Assembly: GCF_045037415.1 (NCBI RefSeq)
Contig: NZ_CP173440.1
Origin: Escherichia coli
Lineage (GTDB): Bacteria; Pseudomonadota; Gammaproteobacteria; Enterobacterales; Enterobacteriaceae
Length of the DNA stretch: 64,000 nt
Direction: 5' to 3' (one strand)
Shown: positions 42,388-52,399 of the stretch, in pieces
How the letters are laid out: each line of letters opens with the position of its first letter
How positions within the stretch are numbered: the stretch's first letter is position 1
The notes under the pieces: model-generated
Told to the model about the DNA's origin: nothing
What the model saw: only the letters and a program-made list of their open reading frames with translations
Databases searched by the model: none
Translations under genes and position numbers: made by a program

Positions 42388-42600
42388 TCATCGCCAGAAA
42401 TGGCGATGCGAGATCCAGGGCAGGGCGGCCGCCATCGTCAGACCTGGCGATGGTCGACGCCGGCGCGCATCGTCGGATGTGGCGATGCGAGCTCGAGGTC
42501 GGTGGCCACCGCCGGCGACCTGGTGCCATCGTCGGCAATGGCGATGCTGCAGCTCGACGTGCGCGGCCTGGTCGTCTCGGCATCGTCGGATGCGGCGATG
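42388..42600. repeat. Array of five 20-bp palindromic sites, consensus CATCGYC-N6-GRCGATG, 125-340 bp upstream of resG
   Basis: Sites read at 42388-42407, 42433-42452, 42468-42487, 42527-42546 and 42581-42600. Confidence 0.75.
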
Positions 42601-42842
42601 CTCGAGCGAGGCGAAAAAAAACCGCCTCGGGGTGTCCGAGGCGGCAAGTCTGCATGCGGTTCAGGGAGGAAGAAACCGCGCCGGCGATCAGGGAGGAAAA
42701 CCGCGCGGCCTGATGTGCAGCTCGGCCACTTTAGCCGGATTTTTCGACTTATCCGATGCGAGCGGCCCGCCGTGGGCGCTGCTCGATCTGCTGTTGCTTT
42801 TTCTCGACGTGCTTCTGCTCCTGGTGCTGCTGCTCGTCGCGC

Positions 42843-43662
42843 GGCACTGTTGCAAAGTTAGCGATGAGGCAGCCTTTTGTCTTATTCAAAGGCCTTACAT
42901 TTCAAAAACTCTGCTTACCAGGCGCATTTCGCCCAGGGGATCACCATAATAAAATGCTGAGGCCTGGCCTTTGCGTAGTGCACGCATCACCTCAATACCT
43001 TTGATGGTGGCGTAAGCCGTCTTCATGGATTTAAATCCCAGCGTGGCGCCGATTATCCGTTTCAGTTTGCCATGATCGCATTCAATCACGTTGTTCCGGT
43101 ACTTAATCTGTCGGTGTTCAACGTCAGACGGGCACCGGCCTTCGCGTTTGAGCAGAGCAAGCGCGCGACCATAGGCGGGCGCTTTATCCGTGTTGATGAA
43201 TCGCGGGATCTGCCACTTCTTCACGTTGTTGAGGATTTTACCCAGAAACCGGTATGCAGCTTTGCTGTTACGACGGGAGGAGAGATAAAAATCGACAGTG
43301 CGGCCCCGGCTGTCGACGGCCCGGTACAGATACGCCCAGCGGCCATTGACCTTCACGTAGGTTTCATCCATGTGCCACGGGCAAAGATCGGAAGGGTTAC
43401 GCCAGTACCAGCGCAGCCGTTTTTCCATTTCAGGCGCATAACGCTGAACCCAGCGGTAAATCGTGGAGTGATCGACATTCACTCCGCGTTCAGCCAGCAT
43501 CTCCTGCAGCTCACGGTAACTGATGCCGTATTTGCAGTACCAGCGTACGGCCCACAGAATGATGTCACGCTGAAAATGCCGGCCTTTGAATGGGTTCATG
43601 TGCAGCTCCATCAGCAAAAGGGGATGATAAGTTTATCACCACCGACTATTTGCAACAGTGCC
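42843..43662 (-). mobile_element. IS26 copy 5
   Basis: 820 bp with IRs. Confidence 0.95.
42895..43617 (-). CDS. tnp26: IS26 transposase Tnp26
   Basis: Identical to the copy 1 product. Confidence 0.95.
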   Translation of the reverse strand: MLMELHMNPFKGRHFQRDIILWAVRWYCKYGISYRELQEMLAERGVNVDHSTIYRWVQRYAPEMEKRLRWYWRNPSDLCPWHMDETYVKVNGRWAYLYRAVDSRGRTVDFYLSSRRNSKAAYRFLGKILNNVKKWQIPRFINTDKAPAYGRALALLKREGRCPSDVEHRQIKYRNNVIECDHGKLKRIIGATLGFKSMKTAYATIKGIEVMRALRKGQASAFYYGDPLGEMRLVSRVFEM

Positions 43663-45180
43663 CTTTCGACTACCTCCCCTCAAAGCCATATCACGTACGT
43701 TAATCCTGACTTCATTAAAATCAGTGGTTTCACTGAGGAAGAACTATTAGGCCAGCCTCACAACATCGTAAGACACCCAGATATGCCGCCTGCTGCATTT
43801 GAGCATATGTGGAGTACATTAAAATCTGGCCGCTCATGGATGGGGCTAGTAAAAAATCGCTGTAAAAATGGCGACCACTATTGGGTAAGTGCTTATGTAA
43901 CGCCAATAGCTAAGAATGGTTCGATTGTTGAATACCAGTCTGTAAGGACCAAGCCTGAACCTGAGCAGGTTTTGGCTGCGGAAAAATTATATGCTCAATT
44001 GAGAAGCGGGAAGGCCGCGAGGCCGAAATTGGCTGCTAGCTTTTCCGTGAAAATACTCTTGCTCATATGGGGTAGTATTATATCAAGCGCAATGGCTGCC
44101 GGCATGCTTACTGATACATCAATAAGCAGCTTATTGTTAGCCACTTTAATGTCAGGAAGCTTAAGCTCTGTTAGTGTTTTGGCTATTCTCTCTCCTCTTG
44201 GAAGACTGGTTGAAAGAGCCAGGAATATTTCCAATAACCCATTAAGTCAATCCCTCTACACTGGGCGCACCGATGAGTTTGGCCAAATAGAGTTTGCTTT
44301 ACGAATGATGCAAGCTGAAACAGGCGCCATAGTAGGTCGCATAGGTGATGCATCAAATCGGCTTAGCGAACACACCCGAGGCCTACTAAAGGATATTGAG
44401 TCAAGCAATGTACTTACAGTTGAGCAGCAGGCAGAGACAGATCAAATAGCAACGGCAGTAAACCAAATGGTGGCAAGCATTCAAGAGGTTGCGAGCAATG
44501 CACAGCATGCTGCAGATGCGGCCGGAAGAGCAGACACTGAGACGGCATCTGGCCAGCGTCTGGTAGCCCACACAAGCCAGTCAATCACTGCCCTTGAAGG
44601 TGAAATTAGGCAAGCCACTCAGGTTATTCATGAGCTTGAAGGTCAAAGTAACGAGATATCAAAAGTTCTTGACGTTATACGAGGGATCGCCGAGCAAACG
44701 AATTTGTTGGCACTCAACGCAGCAATTGAGGCCGCGCGTGCTGGTGAGCAGGGGCGTGGTTTTGCTGTTGTCGCCGATGAGGTTCGCAGTCTTGCTGCTC
44801 GCACACAGCAATCGACAACGGATATTCAAAGCATGATCAGCGCTCTACAAGAGCGAGCGCAATCCGCTGTTACAGTCATGGAGCAAAGTAGTCGGCAAGC
44901 GCACACGAGTGTAGCTCACGCAGAGGAAGCAGCTACAGCTCTTGATGGAATTGGCCAACGCGTTAACGAAATTACCGACATGAACGCGCAAATAGCGACT
45001 GCGGTCGAGCAGCAGGGAGCAGTAAGTGAAGACATAAACCGCAGTATTATCAATATACGCGATGCTGCTGATACCAATGTACAGACCGGGCAGAATAATT
45101 TGCAAAGTGCGAAATCTGTCGCTCAGTTAACTAGCGCTCTGAGCGAACTGGCAAAACAGTTTTGGGAAAAACGAGGATAA
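43663..45180 (+). pseudogene. Methyl-accepting chemotaxis protein with PAS domain (Aer-like), 5'-truncated by IS26
   Basis: After the IS26 end the frame reads a PAS-like segment ([41 protein letters not shown]), two TM helices, then an MCP signalling domain ([35 protein letters not shown]). Confidence 0.75.
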
Positions 45181-45450
45181 CGCTTTTCAGTATCTCGACA
45201 GGGATAACTTACTTTACCATCGGTTATCCCTTTTAGCCGCACAAATTTTAGCCATGGCTTTTCAGGAAGTCAGGGCTATCAGAATGGCCTTAGAAAGCCT
45301 AGTCAAAGAGCTGTCACGAGAACACCGTTAGCTTAGCGTACGATTTTTTCCGAATTCTGCGGTTCCCCCTTTCATGGCTTTTCAGCTGAGTAATTCTCTC
45401 AATAAGCCATCTGAAATTACTGTATGACATTCTATCCTCTACAAGACATT

Positions 45451-46446
45451 TTAATCATTTGTGTTTGGTAATAAATTTAAAAGTTCGCCAGGTAATGTCT
45501 CGTCTTCTAGTAGCATAAAGTTCCCATCCAGAAACTCTAAGTTAATATATTCTCTGTATAGTTGAATATACTGATTAATGGTGTAACATAAGTTATTACA
45601 GATGATGCTACAGTTTTCTCCCCATAAGTCGTGCTCTTTCTGAAGGTTTTCATGCATTTCATAGGGTTCATTTTTTTTCCAGCTTTTTAAAACCATATAT
45701 CCTCTTCGCCCCATTTCCATATATCTAAACTCCATGAAATGTTTTTCAAGAGCAAGAATCCATGGGTACATTGCTTCAATTGCTTCTTTAAAACCCGGAA
45801 TATCATACGTTTGTTGATTACAAATGCCGACAATTTTCCTCAAATCCCTTAAAGTATCAGCTTCAATATAATTGGCAGACAAATTAGTGACAAAGAGGCC
45901 TGGCTGATCTAAAGGTAAATGCCTGACTAGGTAGTTATGTATAACCATTTCTTTCTTATATGAGGGCGTCTCGACATTCAAAAATGTTTTTAACTTTGAT
46001 GCTGGTAATTTCATTGCTAAACGGTGAAGGCTCGAAGAGCTGAAAACATCTGCGTGTTCTAACTTATAATCTTCTTTAATTTTCGCAAGAGTGGTATATA
46101 TCTCTTTTGGAAACCCCTGTTCTTTATCATTGATAACCGCATAAAAAACTTTAAACTCGCAAGACTCATTCCATGATTCTTTTATTTTTTCAACATCTGC
46201 TTTCATTTTTTTTATTGCAAATTTTATTGTTTCGCGATTTAATTCCTCCGGAGCGTATACTTGATAATATTCCCCTCGCTCTGGAATATAACCATCGTTA
46301 CCGCCATCACCTTTTCTTCCCCAAGGTTTGACCTTCCTGAATTTTTCAGGGTAAGATAACTCCATTACGGTTTCAAATAGTCTTTGATATTCTACACCGT
46401 TGCTACGGAGTATTTCTAAACGCATACGTGCCCAAAAATCTGACAT
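45451..46446 (-). CDS. Hypothetical protein with an N-terminal Mrr-type nuclease-like motif (WGRKGDGGNDGYI); AT-rich gene
   Basis: 331-aa ORF; G-D-G-G-x-D-G motif resembles the Mrr catalytic domain, but the usual (E/Q)-x-K lysine is not evident (YQVY). Confidence 0.5.
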   Translation of the reverse strand: MSDFWARMRLEILRSNGVEYQRLFETVMELSYPEKFRKVKPWGRKGDGGNDGYIPERGEYYQVYAPEELNRETIKFAIKKMKADVEKIKESWNESCEFKVFYAVINDKEQGFPKEIYTTLAKIKEDYKLEHADVFSSSSLHRLAMKLPASKLKTFLNVETPSYKKEMVIHNYLVRHLPLDQPGLFVTNLSANYIEADTLRDLRKIVGICNQQTYDIPGFKEAIEAMYPWILALEKHFMEFRYMEMGRRGYMVLKSWKKNEPYEMHENLQKEHDLWGENCSIICNNLCYTINQYIQLYREYINLEFLDGNFMLLEDETLPGELLNLLPNTND

Positions 46447-46707
46447 ATAAAAATTTCCTCGAAAATAGCAGATCTCTAATGTTTATCTATTCCTTATCAT
46501 CTTTTATTGGGAAAAACAACCTCAACGCATTAACTACCGAAAGTAAGCTTAAACGGGTGTGAAGGCCGTAACCATTTCCATCCAGATATAGCGAGACCAT
46601 TGTTCACATCCCACAACTGAACGAGGCCCAATTTAGCAATCCACCACGCAGAGAAAGTAAAGGAATCTTATGGCATAGATGCACGTAAGTGGTAAGGTAC
46701 TGGGCAT

Positions 46708-47625
46708 CTACAAAACCTTATTTCTAAGCCATCGAGCCAGTCCGGTGTCCAGTATGAGTTCGGCAAGCCTGATGGGGCCAATCATAGTGACTCCTTCAGC
46801 ACGAAGGTCCTCACTCAATGTCCCTCGATGCCAGACAAAGAACATTCGAGCATAGCTGTCACTGGTCTGGAACAGTGACAGATACTCAGAGAATACAGAC
46901 GGGTCAGCAACAGACTTCACTTGCACAAATGCCCGTTCGCCGGTAGTGGGCAGTTCAAGCTCAATGTCTACGGTCTTCTGTGTCCTCCCAAGGCACCCGG
47001 TTCTTCTCCATCCGCTGGCGGAAAAAATCAGATCTACCAGCAATTCAAAGTCCTGCCAGGTAAGTAAACTACACAGCCTCGTAATAGCCTTAAGGTACTG
47101 AGCTTCAGCAATATCCGCGTCTTTGATTTCCGGCGATTGCTCGTCGTTAATTTTCCGCAGGGCGTAATCGGCCAAACGCACATCGCAGATGGTACCCCGG
47201 TAACTCTGTGTAGCGAGCAAAGCACCGCTAAGGACGCTGTGGGAGAGAAGGTTTCCGGCCAGACTATGGTTGTGCCATCCGTTCACAGTGGGGCGGATCC
47301 TGCTGCCATCATCCAGTTCTGTGACTTCCCCGGAAGGCTGACACCAATACAATAATCCCTGGCTGAAAGTTATGAACAGCATATCGGGGGTGGCTGTGTA
47401 AAATGTCCTTATCTGCCTGACATCACTGGTGGCAGTGGACTGGTTATATTTCCTCTCTTCTAACCAGACTTTATTGACTTCTTCCCACTTTCCCTCAAGA
47501 CACATCTGATGGGGTGTTTTGTCGTAACCAAACCTAATAATGCCAGATGTCAGGCACTCACGTTCCCATTCGCCTCCCTCTCCCAGCTTGATGTATTTAA
47601 CTGCAGTAGCCCGAATCTTTTCCAA
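46708..47625 (-). CDS. Hypothetical protein with a C-terminal PD-(D/E)xK restriction-endonuclease-like domain
   Basis: 305-aa ORF; C-terminal FELLVDLIFSASGW...VDIELELPTTGERAFVQVK fits a D...E...QxK nuclease core; N-terminal ~190 aa unassigned. Confidence 0.5.
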   Translation of the reverse strand: MEKIRATAVKYIKLGEGGEWERECLTSGIIRFGYDKTPHQMCLEGKWEEVNKVWLEERKYNQSTATSDVRQIRTFYTATPDMLFITFSQGLLYWCQPSGEVTELDDGSRIRPTVNGWHNHSLAGNLLSHSVLSGALLATQSYRGTICDVRLADYALRKINDEQSPEIKDADIAEAQYLKAITRLCSLLTWQDFELLVDLIFSASGWRRTGCLGRTQKTVDIELELPTTGERAFVQVKSVADPSVFSEYLSLFQTSDSYARMFFVWHRGTLSEDLRAEGVTMIGPIRLAELILDTGLARWLRNKVL

Positions 47626-47713
47626 AATACAATCACTCCGTTAAACGAATATCCAGACAGAATAGGAGGTTCTGTCCAGCGCCCACAAAAAAGCCACTTT
47701 CGCGGGGTGTGTC

Positions 47714-48046
47714 TTATTTTTTCGCGACCAGATGAACACCTTCCGCTTTATCGGCGGCCAGCTGAATAAGCCCATCATACTCTTCAATCACATGATCATG
47801 ACCATGTACGGACCACTCACAGCTCTGACATTTAATCCCAAACCGCACCTCTCCGGAGTCGCAGCTCACTACTATAACCTTTGACAGACACCCACTGGGT
47901 TTCACGTTGTACTGAAGCTCGGCGTTCATATCAAACCAAACTTTATCGATACGAGTCTGTAGCTTCGCCTGAAAATCCGGGCGTGTTTCCGCCATCCTGA
48001 CGGCTTCAACAGATAATACCTTATATTTGCCCTGCTGAAGTGGCAC
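47714..48046 (-). CDS. Small hypothetical Cys/His-rich protein
   Basis: 110-aa ORF with CxxxxxxxC and CQSCEWSVHGHDH motifs suggesting metal binding. Confidence 0.4.
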   Translation of the reverse strand: MPLQQGKYKVLSVEAVRMAETRPDFQAKLQTRIDKVWFDMNAELQYNVKPSGCLSKVIVVSCDSGEVRFGIKCQSCEWSVHGHDHVIEEYDGLIQLAADKAEGVHLVAKK

Positions 48047-49109
48047 GCCAGGCCAGCGGCGTATGGCGGTGTCTGTCCAGAGACGGGAGTTCTTAAGTTG
48101 GTAGACGGTGATCCATTTTTCTGACCATTCATAAAATTTCTGGCATAGCAGCTTCTACAGCAAACTTTCGGTCACCAATTAAATCCCCTGGATTTTACCC
48201 ATACCTGCTCTTCCCTGGAATGTCGTTAATATCCACGGTATCAGGTCAGAGCTGTAACGACCAGCAGCGCCAGTGGAAATAGTCCGGCCAGTACCGGCTC
48301 CTTACCCCGGATTGATGTCTACTGTATGCGATAAATTTGGGAAAAACTGGCGATGGCCATTCTTCTGATTCTGATCGCCGGCAAGCGTGTCAGGTAGCAA
48401 AAGAGCGAACGTAAGACAACATACCCTTGAGGGTCCTGACCTTCAACGTGCCCGACCCGGCCCCCGCCGCGCGGACGAAAAAAAGAGAAAAAATAAAAAA
48501 AAAGAAAAAAAGAATATGCCGAAAATGTGCACAGTCGCGACCCACGCAGAGCGTGGCGCTCCGGGGCAAAGGCTTTGCAGGACTATAAGGCATGTTGTCT
48601 TACGTTTTGAGTGTGATGGTTACGAGCCCACCAGCTTTCATGAATTGTCCCGCCGGGTGGACTGCTATAAAGTGCATACCAGCACTGCAGCCCCTGCCGG
48701 TGATGAAGAATAATTCCGTTCAGGCGAGTATTGAGCAAGACCTTTACTACGTATTAAAACCTGGTACTCCGGGATGACGATGCCTGAGGTGCTTACCACC
48801 GGGAGAAGCAATTCGTTTATGGCGCCAGCAGCTGGTACCTGGCAGAGTTAAGTTCTTATCGCAAAGGATGATAAAAATGAGCCATGGCAAATGTGAGCCG
48901 ACAAACACGAATGCCGCCGATTACAAGCTGTACGCGCGATTCGATGCTGGTGAAACGCTTGAAAGCGTTTTAGCCTCTCCTCCGACCACGAAGCACAATA
49001 AAGTAACTTCTGAAGGAAACATCAGGACTGAACACAGAATGTGGATAGCGTGGAGAAAGAAGCATCCCAGACCACTCTGATTATCAGTGACGATTAATAA
49101 GGATAAAAC

Positions 49110-49424
49110 ATGCGAACGACAAGTATCACCCTGTGTCTGGTTTTGGCGAGTTTTGGTGTATCCGCTAAAATCCTTGCAGACCCAGACCTTACTTACCAGG
49201 CAAATAAAACGTGTGCTAAACGAGATGAACTGGAACTGAAAGTCCCTTTAGAAGCCAATAATCCCTACTCTCCCACATGGGGTTTGGACAAGGGCATGGT
49301 GCAGGCCACAATTGACGCACTGAAAGAAAATCCAGACATCGCCCCGACTGACTCTGTAGCCTGCCAACAGGCTGCAATAAAACAGTATCGGGCTGGGCAA
49401 AAACACTACAGTAAGCTCAGGTAG
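49110..49424 (+). CDS. Small hypothetical secreted protein (predicted signal peptide)
   Basis: 104-aa ORF with N-terminal MRTTSITLCLVLASFGVSA followed by a polar mature region. Confidence 0.4.
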   Translation: MRTTSITLCLVLASFGVSAKILADPDLTYQANKTCAKRDELELKVPLEANNPYSPTWGLDKGMVQATIDALKENPDIAPTDSVACQQAAIKQYRAGQKHYSKLR

Positions 49425-49628
49425 CTGCCGTGATGCCCACCAGCTGAAACCTGTGTGTGGTATAAAAACCCCGTAGCGCTGGTGCAAAACAGACCAGCGC
49501 ATTCCAGTTCTCAATCCCCTTCTGTGATGTAGGCCCCTGTCGCATTCAGACCTGAATAACCGTGCAGGGAAACATGTCAGTAAGCCATCTGGATACAAAA
49601 ACTGGTGGTATAGCCACTTTAGCTTAAA

Positions 49629-49649
49629 GCTAATGTATGCGTACATTAG
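49629..49649. repeat. 21-bp palindrome gCTAATGTAtgcgTACATTAGt followed by a T-run; partner of 50172-50192
   Basis: Read directly; the site at 50172-50192 is its exact inverse (centre cgca versus tgcg). Confidence 0.75.
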
Positions 49650-49666
49650 TTTTAAGTTTATGTTAT

Positions 49667-50149
49667 TTACCCTTCTCCCTTCCTGGATGCCTTAACCTGG
49701 GTCTGATAGTTGCGCTTTACCCGCTCAATTTCCGCCAGAGTTGCCGCCCAGTGCAGCCCTGCGGCGTGACGATATCTGGTTGCCATTTTTTCAACGGCCT
49801 CCGGAGTGCTGTCATCGCTGCGGTGCTGCCGTCCCTTCACCCCGAAAATTTCCACTATAAGCCACTGGCTACCGGTTCTGCCGAACAAGGCCTGACACAG
49901 CCGCCTCACGGCAAGCGGGGTCAGATCCGGGTCGGGATCATACGCGATGGTGGCAAAAATAAAACGCAGCATCTCAGAGGTTTTGTAGCGTTTTACCGCT
50001 GCCGCCAGCCGGGCAGCTCTTTGCGGCGCTTCCCAGCGGTCGTCGCTGTAACCTGCCACTTCAGAGAGATAGTCCTTCTCGAGTTGTTTAGCCGTGTAGC
50101 AACGTCCCCCCAAAAACATCCGCATAGCTTCTTTCGTTTCAGCTCTCAC
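49667..50149 (-). CDS. Hypothetical protein bracketed by the two palindromes
   Basis: 160-aa ORF MRAETKEAMRMFLGGRCYTAKQLEKDYLSEVAGYSDDRWEAPQRAARLAAAVKRYK...; no family recognised. Confidence 0.45.
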   Translation of the reverse strand: MRAETKEAMRMFLGGRCYTAKQLEKDYLSEVAGYSDDRWEAPQRAARLAAAVKRYKTSEMLRFIFATIAYDPDPDLTPLAVRRLCQALFGRTGSQWLIVEIFGVKGRQHRSDDSTPEAVEKMATRYRHAAGLHWAATLAEIERVKRNYQTQVKASRKGEG

Positions 50150-50171
50150 GAATCTTGTCCTCAGCCAAAGC

Positions 50172-50192
50172 TAATGTACGCATACATTAGCA
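50172..50192. repeat. 21-bp palindrome gCTAATGTAcgcaTACATTAGc, 23 bp upstream of the 49667-50149 start codon
   Basis: Read directly. Confidence 0.75.
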
Positions 50193-51095
50193 TTAAGTAT
50201 CCGGTTCAACAAAAATCAGGAAACCGATCTGATTTAGTGCATGTGGCTGTCTCTTTTGGATTATCGCTTTTGCGTTATGGTATACAGGTTACCCCTCCCC
50301 CTCTTTTCCCGCTGGTCTACTGTAGTCGACACAAAAGACAGGAACTGCGGTATGTCCTGATAATATTGTTTGAGTTTTAATCACGAAGCAGAGGGTATCG
50401 CATACAGTAGACACAACGCAGCCAGAATAACGCTCGATGTAAAATTTAGATCGTTGTCGCCTGCAGTAGACATTCCTGGTATCGACTCTGGTGCATCCAA
50501 TACTGACCCGTTCCCGGATCATGGCAGAGCATCCAGTAGACACGGTATGGAAGGACGTCAGTCCTCACCTTTCCGTCTGTTTTGACTGTGTCGGAGACGA
50601 CGGTTGCGGTTATTGTTGATGCCTTTGGCCGTCAGGTGAATACCTGTCAGTCAGGTAACTCTGTCGTTACATTTGATGCCCGAAAATCATAATTACCACA
50701 TATTAATCCGGGCATTCCGGAAAATTGTACCTGCCTGAAGAGTATCAAACGATACCTGTCTCCCCTCCTCTGAATTATCTGCTCAGTCGAGAACCTTGAC
50801 GATCGGGTGATTCAGTTTCGGCAAATGGCAGCATGATAATGTCAGCCAACAGCGTGCTGGTGAATTTATTGTCGGGCCAGACGAATTCTGTTTGTCACTG
50901 CATACTGCATGCCGGGCAGAGGAGTGAACAACGATCGAACTGAAACAGTTGCAGCGTCGTATGGAGAAAGAATGGGTTGGTTTCAGGCGGTGCTTCGGTC
51001 GGTTTCAAACAGTGTCTGACCGACTTCTGGTAAGTTTCTCCCTTGCTGTCTGGTGATTCTGTCTTGCCCGGATTGTTGACTATTGATGATGGTGT

Positions 51096-51104
51096 TTATC
51101 CACA
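51096..51104. promoter_or_regulatory. DnaA box (TTATCCACA) followed by an AT-rich tract, upstream of the repA iterons
   Basis: Consensus 9-mer read directly; AT-rich 51110-51180. Confidence 0.55.
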
Positions 51105-51214
51105 GCTTAGAATAATAACAGAAGCTTAACTAAAGCTAAGAAAAGGACAAAAAAGACTAATAAAAGAATAACGTTTTAGTGAGGCCTTGAACTACGGGGC
51201 TCTCAGGCCATCTC

Positions 51215-51346
51215 TGTCAACGCTGGCGGGTATTCTATCATTGCTGGCGGGTGAACCATCATCGCCAGAGGGTATACCATCAACGCTAACGGGGCAATTA
51301 TCATCGCCAGAGGGTAGATTTTATCAACGCCAGCGGGTAATCTGGT
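51215..51346. repeat. Origin iterons (about six ~22-bp repeats with core CAACGCTGGCGGGTA) immediately upstream of repA
   Basis: tcaacgctggcgggtattcta / tcattgctggcgggtgaacca / tcatcgccagagggtataccat / ... / tcaacgccagcgggtaatctgg. Confidence 0.65.
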
Positions 51347-51375
51347 AAAAATATCCACATCCGGGATTTTATAAA

Positions 51376-52260
51376 ATGGCCAATGATAACAATCAGTTAG
51401 CGCTAATTATCACTGAGCAAGATAAAAGTTCTGGTGAAGTTATACATTTGGTTCCTAACTCAAAACAGAGTATTCAACCTAAATCGCTACTGCGATTGGG
51501 GGTCTTTGTTCCGACAGTCAAGGATGGCAGCGACCCTATGGCACGAGGTCATGTCATCGATGCAACGACTGAGTTGTGTCGTCTTTCTTCTATCGCTGGA
51601 GAGGGGTACGAAAAGATTAGTATTTTTGGGCCCAGGCTTGATATGGATACGGATTTCAAAGTCTGGCTAGGGATCGTGGACACACTCGCCAACACGTTTC
51701 TTGAGCCTGATGGGACTGTTAGGGTCAATTTTATTGATTTTGCTTTCAGTTGTGGGCTTGCTACAAAACGAGTTGATTCAAGGTTAAGGAAACGTTTTAG
51801 CGACTCACTGACACGGATCCAGCACACCCATTTCCAGTTCATCAAAAACTCAACAGTAGAAGGGAAAAAAGTAAAGATCGACATGAGCCTGGTGTCTACT
51901 TCTTACTATGATGAGGGAACCGATGAGGTCATTATCAGGCCAAATCCGGATTTGAATACTCTGTATCGTGTCGACGGGAAGACCCGACTTTACTTAAAAA
52001 TATTGAAGACCCTGTCTCGAAAAGAATCAGCCCAGGCACTGTATCTTTATCTAGTTGAATTACCTGACCATTTTTATCGCATTGGATTCGACCGCTTAAG
52101 AGAACGGTTGCAGCTGACTTCACACAAAGGTGCTCAGAATGCGACGATAAAAAAAGCGTTAGAGCAACTGGATGAAGCTGGTTTTTTAAAATACACGATA
52201 GAAAAAAATCGTGGGGATTATGTACTGGTCATTCTTAGTCGAAACAAAAAAGTTACCTGA
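51376..52260 (+). CDS. repA: Iteron-binding replication initiator RepA (P1 RepA / RepFIB family)
   Basis: 294-aa product with LLRLGVFVPT, GPRLDMDTDFKVWLG, RKESAQALYLY and KKALEQLDEAGFL blocks shared with P1/RepFIB RepA. Confidence 0.8.
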   Translation: MANDNNQLALIITEQDKSSGEVIHLVPNSKQSIQPKSLLRLGVFVPTVKDGSDPMARGHVIDATTELCRLSSIAGEGYEKISIFGPRLDMDTDFKVWLGIVDTLANTFLEPDGTVRVNFIDFAFSCGLATKRVDSRLRKRFSDSLTRIQHTHFQFIKNSTVEGKKVKIDMSLVSTSYYDEGTDEVIIRPNPDLNTLYRVDGKTRLYLKILKTLSRKESAQALYLYLVELPDHFYRIGFDRLRERLQLTSHKGAQNATIKKALEQLDEAGFLKYTIEKNRGDYVLVILSRNKKVT

Positions 52261-52399
52261 GTTATTTAGGTAAAATCAGTCATTTACATTACACACTGAC
52301 TCCAGAGTGTAGTTTCAAGAGTTCGGGTTTTTAGCTAACGCAGCAAACCGCACCAGGTAATTACCCTCCAGGGATGAGGCTTTACACCAGCAGCACCCT

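Noticed and set aside
42266-42949. ORFs of 137-227 aa overlapping the palindromic site array
   Set aside because: Overlapping frames on both strands in a repeat-rich high-GC region with low-complexity products; the sites themselves are the stronger signal.
48387-48713. 108-aa ORF containing KKRKNKKKEKK
   Set aside because: The lysine run is the translation of the A-rich tract; no other coding support.
49637-50380. 247-aa plus-strand ORF overlapping the palindrome-bracketed gene
   Set aside because: Antisense to the 160-aa ORF and spans both palindromes; the composition looks non-protein-like.
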